In this document: positions 34,622-46,888 of the stretch, piece by piece | Numbering within the stretch: the first letter of the stretch is position 1 | Layout: every line of letters starts with the position of its first letter | Source: Nannocystis pusilla | Lineage (GTDB): Bacteria > Myxococcota_A > Polyangia > Nannocystales > Nannocystaceae | NCBI RefSeq assembly: GCF_026626665.1 | Contig: NZ_JAPNKE010000002.1 | Location: forward strand, 3,501,168-3,565,167 | Length of the DNA: 64,000 nucleotides | Reading direction: 5' to 3' | Made by a program: the position numbers and the translations under genes | The notes under the pieces: generated by a model | Database searches by the model: none | Seen by the model: the letters and a program-made list of their open reading frames with translations, nothing else | What the model was told of the DNA's origin: nothing

Positions 34622-35382
34622 CGCTTCCCTCCCATGCCCATGCTCGCGCCCGGCCCCGTCGCGCCCGTCTGGCGCCCGCCGGCCGGCTGCGCCCCGGTGC
34701 CGGTGCCGGTCCCTGTGCCGGTCCCGGCCCCGCCGCCCTGCGGCTTCTCGTCGCCGAGGTCGCCCTCCTTCGCCTCGCCGCCGAGGCCGGGCAGCTGCTT
34801 GAGCTTCTCCGGGTCGGCCCAGAAGGTGTTGACGATGAACTCCTCGTCGAGGTTGCCGTTCCTCCACTTGACCGTGCACTTGACCTTGCGGATCGAGCGC
34901 TCGATCGCCTGCTTGACCGGGGTCCAGACCATGCCGAGCGCCGTGAACGCCTGATCGGCGGCGCTGCGGTAGTACATGCTGCTCTCGCCGCGGTTGGCCC
35001 GGTCGGTGTCGTCCTTGGCCGCGCGCAGCTCGGTGAACTCCGGCAGCTTGAGGAAGTCGACGATGCACTTGTACTTGACGTCGGGCCAGCCCTGGTCGGC
35101 GAAGGTGCCCTCGTAGAACTTGTCCTCGAGCACCCAGCCGCCCTCCTTGCGGACGATGTACTCGGTCTCGATGAGCTGGTAGTCGGCGAGGAACGCCACC
35201 GAGGTGATGGTCTGGGCGTAGCGAGTAGCCCGCAGGCTGGCCATCTGCGAGGTGAGCATCGAGGTCAACGACAGCGCCAGCACGGCCATGGCGATCATGA
35301 CCTCGAGCAGGGTGAAGCCTGCGGCGGCGTAGCGCTGCTCGGGCGGCCGCAGCCGCGGGCGCTTGGTGTCGGGCGAGGTCAT
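34618..35382 (-). CDS. gspI: type II secretion minor pseudopilin I
   Basis: AAGFTLLEVMIAMAVLAL prepilin signal. Confidence 0.75.
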   Translation of the reverse strand: MTSPDTKRPRLRPPEQRYAAAGFTLLEVMIAMAVLALSLTSMLTSQMASLRATRYAQTITSVAFLADYQLIETEYIVRKEGGWVLEDKFYEGTFADQGWPDVKYKCIVDFLKLPEFTELRAAKDDTDRANRGESSMYYRSAADQAFTALGMVWTPVKQAIERSIRKVKCTVKWRNGNLDEEFIVNTFWADPEKLKQLPGLGGEAKEGDLGDEKPQGGGAGTGTGTGTGTGAQPAGGRQTGATGPGASMGMGGKR

Positions 35383-35383
35383 G

Positions 35384-36377
35384 TCAGAACGCCCTCCGGT
35401 TCATCTTCTTGCCGAGGTCGTCGCGGATCGCCGTCGGGTCCTCCTGCAGCGCCAGGTCGATGTGGCCCTCCTTGACCTCGACGCGGCCGGTCAGCGGCTT
35501 GACGATGATCGTGAACTCGTTCTCCGGGTTGGCGACCTCTTGCACGTGGATGTGCGCCAGCGGTGTGGCCCTGCGGGAAGAAGTAGAGGCTCGCCTCGCC
35601 CTTGGTGATCGGCTTGAGGTCCTCGGCGGTGCGCACGGCGATGACCTTGACCTCGGCCGGGAACTTGAACGGCTTGCGCAGCTCCGACAGGCTGTTGTCG
35701 TCCTCGAAGGCGCCGAAGATCGGCGGCTTGCGCCGCGGGACCTTCTTCGGCGGCGTGATGTACTTGTCGAGCGACGAGCCGGAGGACGGCGTGGTGCCCG
35801 GCTTGGCCGCGCCGGCCGCCGCGGGCTGCCCGGGGGTCGCCGGCGCGCCCGGGGTGCCGGCCTTCGTCGGCTGTCCCGGAGTACCTGTCCCCTGGGCCAC
35901 GCTCGCCATGGGCTGCCCCATCGGGCCCATGGTCTGGCCGGGCTTGCCGACCGGCGCGCCCTTGACGGCGTCGAGGACGCGCGCCTGCAGCGACCGGTTG
36001 TAGTTCTCCTCGGCCCGCTTGTCCCGCTCCTCCTTCTCCTTCACCTTGCCCGGGTCGATGACGACGATCCGGCCGTAGCGGTCGGTCGCGGGCAGGTACA
36101 TGCGGTCGTCGCCGCGCTGCATGGTGAAGGAGTTCTTGTCGATGTCGATGAGGAGGCGGTAGTAGGTGCCGGTGACGCGGGCCTTGTTGTAGGCGAAGCG
36201 GATCGTGTTGGCGAGCTGGTTGGTGACGCGGGCCACCTGCGCCTGCTTGCTGGCGCCGAGGCCGGTGATCACCGAGCCGATCAGCAGCGCGAGGATCCCC
36301 ATGACCACGAGGACCTCGATCAGCGTGAAGCCGAGGCTCCCGCGCCGCGCTGCCGTATGTCGACTCCGCATGGCCAT
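35384..36377 (-). CDS. gspH: type II secretion minor pseudopilin H; apparent frameshift near 35565
   Basis: RRGSLGFTLIEVLVVMGILAL prepilin signal. The C-terminus continues in another frame (ATPLAHIHVQEVANPENEFTIIVKPLTGRVEVKEGHIDLALQEDPTAIRDDLGKKMNRRAF*). Confidence 0.65.
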
Positions 36378-36418
36378 GACGATCCTCGCGGGAGAGAACG
36401 ATCGGGGCTAGCGCCCGA

Positions 36419-36865
36419 TCACTTCTTCTCCTCCTTGGCGGCCTCGATCTCCTTCGGGTCCTCCCAGCTGTTGACGTCGTCGCCGCCGGACGGCTTCTTG
36501 TCGGGGCCGTTGGAGGTGACGTCGACCGGGCCGTGCTGACCGGGGCAGACGATGACGTACTCCTCGCCCCACGGGTCCTTCTTGACGCGCGCCGTGACGC
36601 CGGCGGCCTTGAGGTCCGCCATGCTCTTCGGGCACTTGTCGTTCTTCTGCAGCATGTACTGCTCGCTGAGCTTCTGGATCTCGACCACCTCGTTGTAGGC
36701 GACCTTGACCTTCGAGTCCGAGAGCGCGTTGAAGGCGACGACGCTGACGCCGCCGACGATGAGGCCGATGATCGCCAGCACGACGAGGATCTCGATCAGC
36801 GTCATGCCGCGGCTCTGACGACGGCGGCGGACGGCCTGGCGGACGGTGTGAAGTTGCGGATTCAT
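36419..36865 (-). CDS. gspG: type II secretion major pseudopilin G
   Basis: MNPQLHTVRQAVRRRRQSRGMTLIEILVVLAIIGLIVG, about 149 aa. Confidence 0.85.
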   Translation of the reverse strand: MNPQLHTVRQAVRRRRQSRGMTLIEILVVLAIIGLIVGGVSVVAFNALSDSKVKVAYNEVVEIQKLSEQYMLQKNDKCPKSMADLKAAGVTARVKKDPWGEEYVIVCPGQHGPVDVTSNGPDKKPSGGDDVNSWEDPKEIEAAKEEKK

Positions 36866-36891
36866 GGGTGGTCTCTCCTGAGGTACTCGGG

Positions 36892-38130
36892 CTACTGCGC
36901 GGCCATTTCGTTGAGCATCATGATCGGCTGCATGATCGAGAACACGATAAAGCCGACGCTGCCGCCCATGAACACGATCATGAGGGGCTCCAGCAGCGCG
37001 GTCATGCGCGTGAGCGCGGTGTTGACCTCGCGGTCGTAGGCGTTGGCGACGTCGGTGAGCATCTGCTCGAGCTGGCCGGAGCGCTCGCCGACCGAGATCA
37101 TGTGCGTCACCAGGGCCGGGAACTGGCCGCTGCGCTTGAGCGCCGGGGCGATGCCCTCGCCCTCGCGGATGTTGTCGCGGGCGGTGGCGACGACCTTCTC
37201 GAGCACCCAGTTGCCGAGCAGCGCCCGCACGATGTCGAGCGCCGCGAGCAGCTGCACGCCGCTGGCGAGCATGGTCGCAAGTGTACGGGCGAACCGCGCG
37301 ATCGCCAGCTTGCGCGCGAGGTCGCCGATGATCGGCAGCTTGAGCAGGATGGTGTCGCCGGTCGCGCGGCCGATGTCGGTCTTGCGCCAGCGGCGGAACA
37401 GCCAGCCGGCGGCGAAGAAGCCGACGATGATCATGAACCACCAGGCGGCGATGAAGTCGCTGAGCCAGATCAGGAACGCGGTGTTCCACGGCAGCTGGGC
37501 GTTCATGCCCTCGAACATCTCCGTGATCTGCGGGACCACGTTGAGCATCAGCATCGTGATGATGCCGCCCGACAGCACGGTCATGATCGCCGGGTAGATC
37601 ATCGCCGAGGTGACCTTGCCCTTCAGCTCCTCCTGCTGATCCATGAAGTCGGCGATGCGCAGGAGCACGGTCTCGAGCGAGCCGGACGCCTCGCCCGCGC
37701 GGACCATGTTGATGAACAGCGGCTGGAACACGTCGGGGTAGCGGGCGCAGGCGTCGGCCAGCGAGCTGCCCTCGTTCACCTTGTTGGCGATGTCGCTGAG
37801 GATGCCCTTGAGCCGCCGGCTCTCGCTCTGCTCGGTGATCGCCGACAGCGACTCGGGCAGCGTGACGCCGGCGCACAGCAGCGTGGCCAAGAGCCGCGTG
37901 GTGCGCGAGACCGTCTTCTGCGAGATACGGTCGAACAGCGCCCCGAGGTCCACCTCGCGGCCGCCTGCCCCGCCCGCGGCCGCGACCTGCGCCGTGGTCT
38001 CGCTGACCGCGGTGAGGAAGATGCCGGCGCGCTTGAGGTTGGCCTTGAGCGCGGCGACCGTGTCGGCCGACTCGACGCCCTTGACCGTCTTGCCGTCCTT
38101 GCGCAGGCCCGTGTACGCGTACGCCGGCAT
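36892..38130 (-). CDS. gspF: type II secretion inner-membrane platform protein F
   Basis: 412 aa with full-length GspF/PilC-like repeats and TM topology. Confidence 0.9.
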   Translation of the reverse strand: MPAYAYTGLRKDGKTVKGVESADTVAALKANLKRAGIFLTAVSETTAQVAAAGGAGGREVDLGALFDRISQKTVSRTTRLLATLLCAGVTLPESLSAITEQSESRRLKGILSDIANKVNEGSSLADACARYPDVFQPLFINMVRAGEASGSLETVLLRIADFMDQQEELKGKVTSAMIYPAIMTVLSGGIITMLMLNVVPQITEMFEGMNAQLPWNTAFLIWLSDFIAAWWFMIIVGFFAAGWLFRRWRKTDIGRATGDTILLKLPIIGDLARKLAIARFARTLATMLASGVQLLAALDIVRALLGNWVLEKVVATARDNIREGEGIAPALKRSGQFPALVTHMISVGERSGQLEQMLTDVANAYDREVNTALTRMTALLEPLMIVFMGGSVGFIVFSIMQPIMMLNEMAAQ

Positions 38131-38136
38131 GCTCCG

Positions 38137-39993
38137 TTACGACTCCACCGAGGTCGCGCGCAGGACCTCGTCGAGGGTGCTGATGCCGCAGACGACTTTG
38201 TGCGCGCCGTCGTCGCGGAGCGTGCGCAGGCCCTGAGCCAGCGCCGCCTGCTTGATCTGCATGGCGTCGGCGTTGCGGATCGCCAGGCGGCGGACCTCTT
38301 CGCTGACCATCAAGACCTCGTACACGCCGGTTCGCCCGGAGTAGCCGCTGCCCTGGCACTTGTCGCAGCCGACGGCCCGGTAGACGTGACCGCGCGGCGG
38401 CAGCCGCCGCGGCTCGGGCACCGACAGCGGTATGACCTCGCCGTTCTCGTCGCGCACCGGCACCTTGAGCGCCTGCTCGCCGGCGTAGAAGGCCGCGGGG
38501 ATGATGCCGATCTCCTCGAGCTCCGTGGCGAGCGGCCGGTACGGCTCGCAGCAGTGGACGCAGACGCGGCGGATCAGGCGCTGGGCCTGCAGCGCGACCA
38601 GCGACGAGGCGACCAGGAACGGCTGCACGCCCATGTCGACGAGGCGCGTGATGCCGGTCGCGGCGTCGTTGGTGTGGATGGTGCTGAGCACCAAGTGACC
38701 GGTGAGCGACGCCTGGATCGCGATCTCGGCGGTCTCGACGTCGCGGATCTCGCCGACCATGATCACGTCGGGGTCGTGGCGCAGGAAGGAGCGCAGGCCG
38801 GCCGCGAAGGTCAGGTTGATCTTGCTCTGCACCTGCACCTGCGAGATGCCGGCGAGCTGGTACTCGACCGGGTCCTCGACGGTGAGGATGTTGAGGTCCG
38901 GCGTGTTGATCTCGGTCAGCGCCGAGTACAGCGTGGTCGTCTTGCCCGAGCCGGTCGGGCCGGTGACGAGGAAGATGCCGTGCGGCCGGTTGATGACGTC
39001 GCGGATCATCCGCAGGTGGTCGGCCGCGATGCCGATGTTGTCGAGCTTGAGCGCGACGGCGGACTTGTCGAGGAGACGGACGGTGACGCGCTCGCCGTGG
39101 GCCGTGGGCACGGTGGCGACGCGCATGTCGACCTCCTTGCCGGCGATCTTGCGGCGGATGCGGCCGTCCTGCGGCAGCCGCTTCTCGGCGATGTTGAGGC
39201 CGGCCATGATCTTGACGCGGGCGATGACGCTGGGGAGGTGCGCCTTGGGGGCCCGCTTGACCTCGTGCAGCACGCCGTCGACGCGGTTGCGCACGATGAT
39301 CTCCTTGTCGCCCGGCTCGATGTGGATGTCGCTGGCCTTCTCCTTCGAGGCGTTGAAGATCAGGCTGTTGACGAAGCGGATGATCGGCGCGTCCTCGGCC
39401 GAGGCATGCAGGATGTCCTCGTCCTCCTCCTCGTACTCCTCTTCCTTCTTCTCGAGGTCGACGTCCTTGGTGCGCCGCGCGTAGGTGCGGTTGATGATCT
39501 CGAGGACGTTCGACTCCGGCATCAGCGTGACGTCGACGTCGGCGTCGTAGAGGGTGCCGAGGTCGTCGAGGTCGAGGAGTCGCAGCGGGTCGGCGGCGTA
39601 GACGCTGAGCACGCCGCGCTCGCGGTCGAGGCGGTACGGCAGGACCTTGTTGGCGCGCGCGTACTGGATCGGCAGCTGCTCGACCAGCTCGTCCTGGATG
39701 TCGCTGATCTCGGTGTTCTCGCGGGCGGGCAGGCCGAACTGCCGCGCCAGGCCGCGCGCGAGGTCCCACTCGGAGCAGTGCTTGAGCCGCACCAGCGTCT
39801 CGCCGATCTTCTCGCCCTCGAGGTGCTGCGCCTGCAAGCCCTCGGCGAGCGCCTCGGCGGTGACGCAGCCCATCTCGATCAAGATCTCGCCGAGCGGGCG
39901 CGCGAGCGGACGGACCCCGAGCGGCGCGAAGGTCGAGCCGGCGTTGCGTTCTGCGGTGGTCTTGAGGGCGGTGTCCATGGGCATCTCAGACAA
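38137..39993 (-). CDS. gspE: type II secretion ATPase E
   Basis: N-terminal GspE_N domain, Walker A GPTGSGKTT, Asp box, His box and the tetracysteine CVHCCEPY...CDKCQGSG motif. Confidence 0.9.
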   Translation of the reverse strand: MSEMPMDTALKTTAERNAGSTFAPLGVRPLARPLGEILIEMGCVTAEALAEGLQAQHLEGEKIGETLVRLKHCSEWDLARGLARQFGLPARENTEISDIQDELVEQLPIQYARANKVLPYRLDRERGVLSVYAADPLRLLDLDDLGTLYDADVDVTLMPESNVLEIINRTYARRTKDVDLEKKEEEYEEEDEDILHASAEDAPIIRFVNSLIFNASKEKASDIHIEPGDKEIIVRNRVDGVLHEVKRAPKAHLPSVIARVKIMAGLNIAEKRLPQDGRIRRKIAGKEVDMRVATVPTAHGERVTVRLLDKSAVALKLDNIGIAADHLRMIRDVINRPHGIFLVTGPTGSGKTTTLYSALTEINTPDLNILTVEDPVEYQLAGISQVQVQSKINLTFAAGLRSFLRHDPDVIMVGEIRDVETAEIAIQASLTGHLVLSTIHTNDAATGITRLVDMGVQPFLVASSLVALQAQRLIRRVCVHCCEPYRPLATELEEIGIIPAAFYAGEQALKVPVRDENGEVIPLSVPEPRRLPPRGHVYRAVGCDKCQGSGYSGRTGVYEVLMVSEEVRRLAIRNADAMQIKQAALAQGLRTLRDDGAHKVVCGISTLDEVLRATSVES

Positions 39994-40003
39994 CAGGATA
40001 GCT

Positions 40004-42418
40004 TCAGGGCTCGCGCCGGATCACCGGCGCCGGGTTCACCGTCGCGGGCGGCGCGCCGCCGCCCGCCTTCGCCGCCGACGTTGTCGTCGACCGCGGCCGA
40101 GCGCGGGCTGAGGCCGAGCTCGCCGGTGATGATCTCGCGCCGCATCTCCTCCTCGGCGCGGCGCAGCAGCAGCTCCTCCTGCTCCATGCGCCGGGCCTCC
40201 TTGTCGATCGCGGCCAAGATGCCGGACTTCTTGCGGTAGTTGATGTTGCTCTTGAGCTCGCGCTTGCGGAAGTTGGTCTCGCGCTCGATGAACTCGAGCC
40301 GCTCCTTGTCGCGCCGCTCGTGGATCCGGCGCACGTCGTCGGGGCTGTCGATGATGTGCGGGACCATGACGAGGAGGAGGTTGATCTTCTCCTTCTCCTT
40401 GACGCGGTTCTTGAACAGCCAGCCCAGGAGCGGGATCGAGCCGAGGCCGGGGACCTGCTTGACGTTCTCGCTCTCGCGGTCACGGATGAGGCCGCCGAGC
40501 ACGACCGGCTGGCCGTCGCGGCCGACGATCTTGTCGAGCTTGATGCGCCGCTTGGTGGTGGTGACGCCGAGGACCGGGTCCTTCTCGGTGATGTCGCGGT
40601 CCTCGACCTCGACGTCCATCGTCACGTTGCGCTCGTCGTTGATGTAGGGCTTGACCTTGATGCGCAGGGTGACGTCCTGGCGCTCGACGGACTGCAGCGG
40701 GACCAGGCCGGTGCCGCCGCCGCCACCTGCTCCGAAGGACAGGGCGCCGGGGTCGGGACGTTGCGGCCGACCTCGATGGTGGCCTCCTGGTTGTCGGCCG
40801 CGTACATGTGCGGCTCGCTGACGACGTTGACGTCGCTGTTGCTCTGCAGCGCCTGGATGATGGCGCCGAAGGCCGGCACGTCGCGGCCGGTGCCGAGGAT
40901 GGTGCCGGAGTTGAGCAGCGGGGGACCGATGAGGCCGAGGGTGAAGTTCTTCAGCGAGTCGGGCGAGAGCAGCAGCGAGTTGAGCGCGGGGGTCGGCGCG
41001 CTGCCCACCATGCCGATCGCGGTGCCGGCGGTGCCGCCGAGCTCGGTGCTGATCGGGTAGCCGAAGTGGCCGCCCGCGCCGGCGTCGGTGTTGTGCTTGA
41101 TGCTCACCTCGAGCATGTAGATCTCGATGTAGAGCTGGCGCCGCTCGCGGTCGAGCTTCTCGATCACCGGCTCCAAGTTCTTGTAGTCGGCCGCCGAGGC
41201 GATGATGACCAGCGAGCGCGTCGCCGGGTCGGGCGTGACCTTGACGTCGCCGGAGAACAGGTCGGCGCTGACCGGATTGCCCGCGGGCGGCTTCTGCCCG
41301 CCCTGCTGCGAGGCCTGGGCGGCCTGCTTGGCGCCGGTGGCCAGCTGCGAGAGGACCTGCGCGACCTCGGTGGCGTCGGCGTTCTTGAGCTTGTAGACGT
41401 GGATCCGGCCGCCGCCGCCGGGCAGCTTGACGTCGAGGCGCTCGATCAGCTTGCGGATGACGACGTAGTCGGACTCGGTGGTGACGATGATGAGGGTGCT
41501 GCTGCGCTCGTCGACGATCACGCGGCTGATCGCCGAGTCGGTCTGACCGCCGCCACCGCCGCCACCGCTGGCCCGCCGACCGGCGCGGCCGCCCGTGGCC
41601 CCGCCGCCGCCGCCGCCGCCGCCGCCGCTGGCCTTGGCCTCGCCGAAGATGTCGCGGATGATCTGCGCGACCTCCTCGGCGTTGGCGTACTGCAGCTGGT
41701 AGAAGAAGATCTTCTCGCTGCCCATCGGCTGATCGAGCTCGGCGGCGAAGGTCTCGAGCCGCCGCACCATCGAGCCCTTGTCGGTGATGATGAGGAGGTT
41801 GCCGACCAGGTCGACGCTGCCCGCCTTGCTCTTGAGCTGGCCGAGGACGTCGCTGATCTCCTTGCTGTTGCCGTGCTTGACGCGCATCAGCTTGGTGACG
41901 AAGCGGTCGCTGTTGGGCGCGTTGGCGTCGTCGCCGTAGGTCGGCAGTGTGCGGTTCTTGGCGTCGGTGGTCTCGACGATCTTGAAGTAGCGACCCGAAG
42001 GCTCCACGGTCAGGCCCATCGTCTCGAGCGCGGCGTAGAAGGCCGCGTAGGCCTCCTCGGCCGTGACCGGCTCGGGCGACAGGATGGTCACCTTGCCGGA
42101 CCGCACCTTGCGGTCCCAGATGAACTTCTGACACGTGATCGACATGATCCAGTTGACGAGGTCCTCGAGCTCGGTCTCCTTCGGCAACGTGATCGTGAAC
42201 TTGGCCCCGCGCGGGGTCTTCTTGCACGTGTTGAACGGGATCGGGCCGCCGCCGGGCGTGCCGCCGCCCTCGTCGCCGATCAGCTCGCCGCCGCGGCTGC
42301 CGGTGGTCGGATCCTGCGCGGACGCGGAGACGGTGGTCGGGCCGAGCGTCAGAGCGGCCAGACCGAGAGAGACGAGGCCCAGTGCAGTCGGGCGGACGGG
42401 GTTGCTACGCGCAATCAT
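40004..42418 (-). CDS. gspD: type II secretion secretin D; apparent frameshift near 40700, C-terminal end uncertain
   Basis: Signal peptide MIARSNPVRPTALGLVSLGLAALTLG, N0-N3 domains and a Gly-rich linker. The secretin domain continues in a second frame (...VERQDVTLRIKVKPYINDERNVTMDVEVE...IPLLGWLFKNR...). Confidence 0.8.
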
Positions 42419-43470
42419 TGGATCGTGATGTCCTTGGTGATCGACTCGCCCTTGCGCTCAATCGTGACCTGGAGGTTGCTGGCGCTGCGCATCTTGGTCA
42501 AAAGGCCCATGACCTGGTCGACCGACTTCAGCTCGATGCCGTTGACCGAGGTGAGGAGGTCGCCGTTCTTCATGCCGAGCAGCTTGGGCAGGCTGCCCGG
42601 GCGGATCCCGTAGAACTTGAAGCCCTTGGTCTCGCCGTCCTTGATCGACGGCATCACCCGCGCCTGCTTGGTCAGCGCGGCCGGGTTGGCGAACAGGCTG
42701 TCGATGAACATGCGATCGACGGTGCACGAGTTCTCGCTCTCGCACTTGATCGCGTCCTCGGCCCCGGGGATGGCGCCCGCCGCCGGCGGCGCGTCTTCCT
42801 TCTTCTCCGCCACCTGCAGCGGCTTGGCCGAGGGCTTCGGCGGCTCGACGCCGAGCTCGATGTACTCGAGGGCGCCGCCGTTCTTGACGTGGACGAGGCT
42901 GCGCTCGACGCTGACGAGGTAGACGCCGGAGCGGATGCGATCGCCGGGCCAGTACGGACCGACGCTGCCGTCCTCCTCGTCGCGGATGGTCGCCCACGAG
43001 TACTCGGGCATGTTGGTCTCCATCGTGGCGATGAGCCGCAGCGGCTGCGTGCACGGGCCTTCGCCGGGCTGCTTGCCGCCCGCGACCTGCGGCAGCTCGC
43101 CGGGGCCGAGGTCGGGCGCGACCGCGGGGCCGCCGGGGCCGGTCTCGGGCGTGACGACCTTGGTGCAGGTCGGGCAGAACAGGTTGAGCGAGAGGATGGT
43201 CTGCGTGACCTTGTTGCGGTCGGCCGCGGAGGGGCCGCGCGAGGGGCTCGACATCAGCCGCGGGTTGATGATCGGCTTGTCCTCCTCGTCCTCTTCCTCT
43301 TCCTTGGCGCCGTCAGTGTCGGTGCCGGTCGCCTCGGCCTCGTCGGTCGGGGTCTCGTAGATGTACGAGGTGCCGAGCCAGGTGGTGAACGCCGAGGCGG
43401 CGAACGCAGCGGCGACGCTGAGGCCCAGCGCCTTGACGACCCAGAAGTGCTGCTTGAAGACGGCTTCCAT
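42415..43470 (-). CDS. gspC: type II secretion protein C with PDZ domain
   Basis: N-terminal TM (VVKALGLSVAAAFAASAF), an acidic linker and a C-terminal PDZ-like region (GFKFYGIRPGSLPKLLGMKNGDLLTSVNGIEL). Confidence 0.7.
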   Translation of the reverse strand: MEAVFKQHFWVVKALGLSVAAAFAASAFTTWLGTSYIYETPTDEAEATGTDTDGAKEEEEDEEDKPIINPRLMSSPSRGPSAADRNKVTQTILSLNLFCPTCTKVVTPETGPGGPAVAPDLGPGELPQVAGGKQPGEGPCTQPLRLIATMETNMPEYSWATIRDEEDGSVGPYWPGDRIRSGVYLVSVERSLVHVKNGGALEYIELGVEPPKPSAKPLQVAEKKEDAPPAAGAIPGAEDAIKCESENSCTVDRMFIDSLFANPAALTKQARVMPSIKDGETKGFKFYGIRPGSLPKLLGMKNGDLLTSVNGIELKSVDQVMGLLTKMRSASNLQVTIERKGESITKDITIQ

Positions 43471-43479
43471 CGCTCTCCG

Positions 43480-44918
<1,439 letters not shown>

Positions 44919-44949
44919 TTCGGGGTCCTCGGTGAAAAGCGAATGATTC

Positions 44950-44972
44950 TAAAGCAACTCCTGGAGCCAGAA
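44950..44972 (-). promoter_or_regulatory. possible sigma-54-type promoter (TGGCTC-N6-TTGCTT) upstream of the NtrC-family/gsp operon
   Basis: The minus strand reads ttcTGGCTCcaggagTTGCTTtagaat. GG-to-GC spacing is one nt longer than the consensus, so this is weak. Confidence 0.2.
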
Positions 44973-45057
44973 CGAGGGTGTCACGCGCAATTGTCAGGCC
45001 GTCCGAGGCGGGTTGCCAAAATGGCAAGCGCGGCTCTCGCGCGCAACTCCCGGCGCC

Positions 45058-46785
45058 TCAACCGCCACCCCCCTGCCCCGCCTTGGCTGGGCGGCGGCGG
45101 GGTCGGCCCGGGGAGGACTCGGGGGCTGGCGTTTGGGACAGGTCGAGGAGCGGCAGCTGCGACGGAGGCGAGGCCGAGGCAGTGCGGGGGGCTGTCTCGA
45201 AGGACAGATTGGCGGTGATGGCCCTTGTCGCCGGCGTGGCCGGTGGGCGCTCGGCCTGGGGCGTGCCTGTCTCGACGGACCTATGGGTCCCGGCGGGCGC
45301 TTCGCTCGGGTTGCTGGGTAGGGTCGCAGGTGGCGGTGCACCTGTTTCTTGGGACATCTCCGCTTCGGCGGGCTTCGCGGTCGCGCGGGTGCTCGCGGCC
45401 CTGGCTTGCGCGATCGCCTCGGGCTCCACCGGCGTCTCTGACTTTGACGGACCTGTCCTGGAGGGCGTGGCATCGCCGACAGCGCGCTTGGTGGCGGCTT
45501 TGCTCTGTTCCTTGCTCGGGGCCGCGCCTGTCTCTTCGGTCAGCTTCTCGGGGACGACCGGCTTCGACGGGCCTGTCCTGGAGGACATGTCATCGCCGAC
45601 AGCGCGCTTGGTGGCGACTTTGCGCGGTTTCTTGCTCGGGCCCGCGCCTGTCTCTTCGGGCAGCTTCTCGGGGACGGCCGTGGCCGTCCTCGCGGACATG
45701 TCGGCGCCGGCCGCGAAGTCGCGGACGCTGCGGATCGCCAGGCGGCGCTTCTCGAACACGAGGAAGTAGGAGTGATTCTTGCGCGCGTGGACCTGGGCCT
45801 TGAGCCGGCTGACCCCGGGGCTGTTGGGGCGCACGAGCACGAACAGGTCCTTGCAGTAGAGGCCGAGCGACTCGCCGCCCGTGATCAGCTCGACGTGGGT
45901 GAGGCGCTGCTTGTTGGCGCTGACCTCGTCCTGGCACTTGACGATCAGGACGCCGCCGGGCACGAGCACGCGCGCGGCCTCGCGGCAGGCCTTTTCGTAG
46001 AGGTCGACGACGGCGTCGTGCCACTTGGGGCCCGACTCGGTGACGGCGGCCGCCGAATAGGCGCGGCGGAAGGCGGCGTGGGTGCCGGAGCCGGCCATGT
46101 GGTCGACGCTGCGGCGGTACATGCCCTCCATGTAGGGCGGGTCGAGGACGATGCAGTCGAGGCTGGCGTCGGCGTACGGCAAGGCGCGGCAGTCGACGCC
46201 GCTCGTCAGCTTCGCGCCGGCGCGCGCGGGGACATCCGGCTTGAGGGCGATGTCGCTGGCGAGCAGGGTGTAGGCCCCGTCGGGGACGCGGCGCCAGAAC
46301 ACGCCGAGGCCGTAGGTGACGTCGGCGACGGTGCTGCCCTTCGGGACATGTAACTCGAGGATCTGGGCGAACAGCTCGGCGTTGTCGCCGACCCGCGCGG
46401 ACACGACGACGTCGGCGGTGGCCACCCCACCCTGCACGCGCCGGGCAGGTCGCGGCTCGGTGGGCGCGACCTCGGGGGTACGTTCGTTCTTCGGCGCGGC
46501 TGGGTGCGACTCGGCGGGCGCGGCTTTACGCACGCTCGACCGCGCGGCTCGGCGTGGCTCGGCGCCCGAGGTCTCATGGGCCCGCGCGCGCCGGGGGGTC
46601 GCAGACTGCGACTCGTCCGCAGCGGCCTCCCGGGTCCGCTCGCTACCGCCGGTGCGACGGGGGCGCGGTGTGGGTCGACGCGGCTCGACAGGTGCGCCCG
46701 ACTCGTCCGTGGTGGCCTTGCGCGCCCGTCCGCGTCGGGCGGTCGCGGGGCGCGGCTCGGCGGCGGATCGGGAGCGGGCGGCCAT
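45058..46785 (-). CDS. DNA methyltransferase (DPPY motif; N6-adenine/N4-cytosine type) with Arg/Pro-rich N-terminus and long repetitive disordered C-terminal tail; no restriction partner seen
   Basis: [11 protein letters not shown] (motif I-like), then [10 protein letters not shown] (motif IV) and [12 protein letters not shown]. The tail carries two ~40-aa repeats ...[17 protein letters not shown].... True start uncertain. Confidence 0.65.
   Translation of the reverse strand: MAARSRSAAEPRPATARRGRARKATTDESGAPVEPRRPTPRPRRTGGSERTREAAADESQSATPRRARAHETSGAEPRRAARSSVRKAAPAESHPAAPKNERTPEVAPTEPRPARRVQGGVATADVVVSARVGDNAELFAQILELHVPKGSTVADVTYGLGVFWRRVPDGAYTLLASDIALKPDVPARAGAKLTSGVDCRALPYADASLDCIVLDPPYMEGMYRRSVDHMAGSGTHAAFRRAYSAAAVTESGPKWHDAVVDLYEKACREAARVLVPGGVLIVKCQDEVSANKQRLTHVELITGGESLGLYCKDLFVLVRPNSPGVSRLKAQVHARKNHSYFLVFEKRRLAIRSVRDFAAGADMSARTATAVPEKLPEETGAGPSKKPRKVATKRAVGDDMSSRTGPSKPVVPEKLTEETGAAPSKEQSKAATKRAVGDATPSRTGPSKSETPVEPEAIAQARAASTRATAKPAEAEMSQETGAPPPATLPSNPSEAPAGTHRSVETGTPQAERPPATPATRAITANLSFETAPRTASASPPSQLPLLDLSQTPAPESSPGRPRRRPAKAGQGGGG
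45420..45660. repeat. two tandem ~120-bp repeats inside the methyltransferase tail, each carrying a GGACCTGTCCTGGAGG(ACATG) motif
   Basis: ggacctgtcctggagggcgtggcatcgccgacagcgcgcttggtggc... is repeated at 45582 as ggcctgtcctggaggacatgtcatcgccgacagcgcgcttggtggc. Confidence 0.7.
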
Positions 46786-46888
46786 GGGGGCCGGACGGTA
46801 CCCGATCTCGCGGCCGCTGGCCCGAAATGCGCGCGCCGGCGCGGCCCGCTCGCGGCAGACCGGCCGGCGCCGACCGGGACCGCGGGGC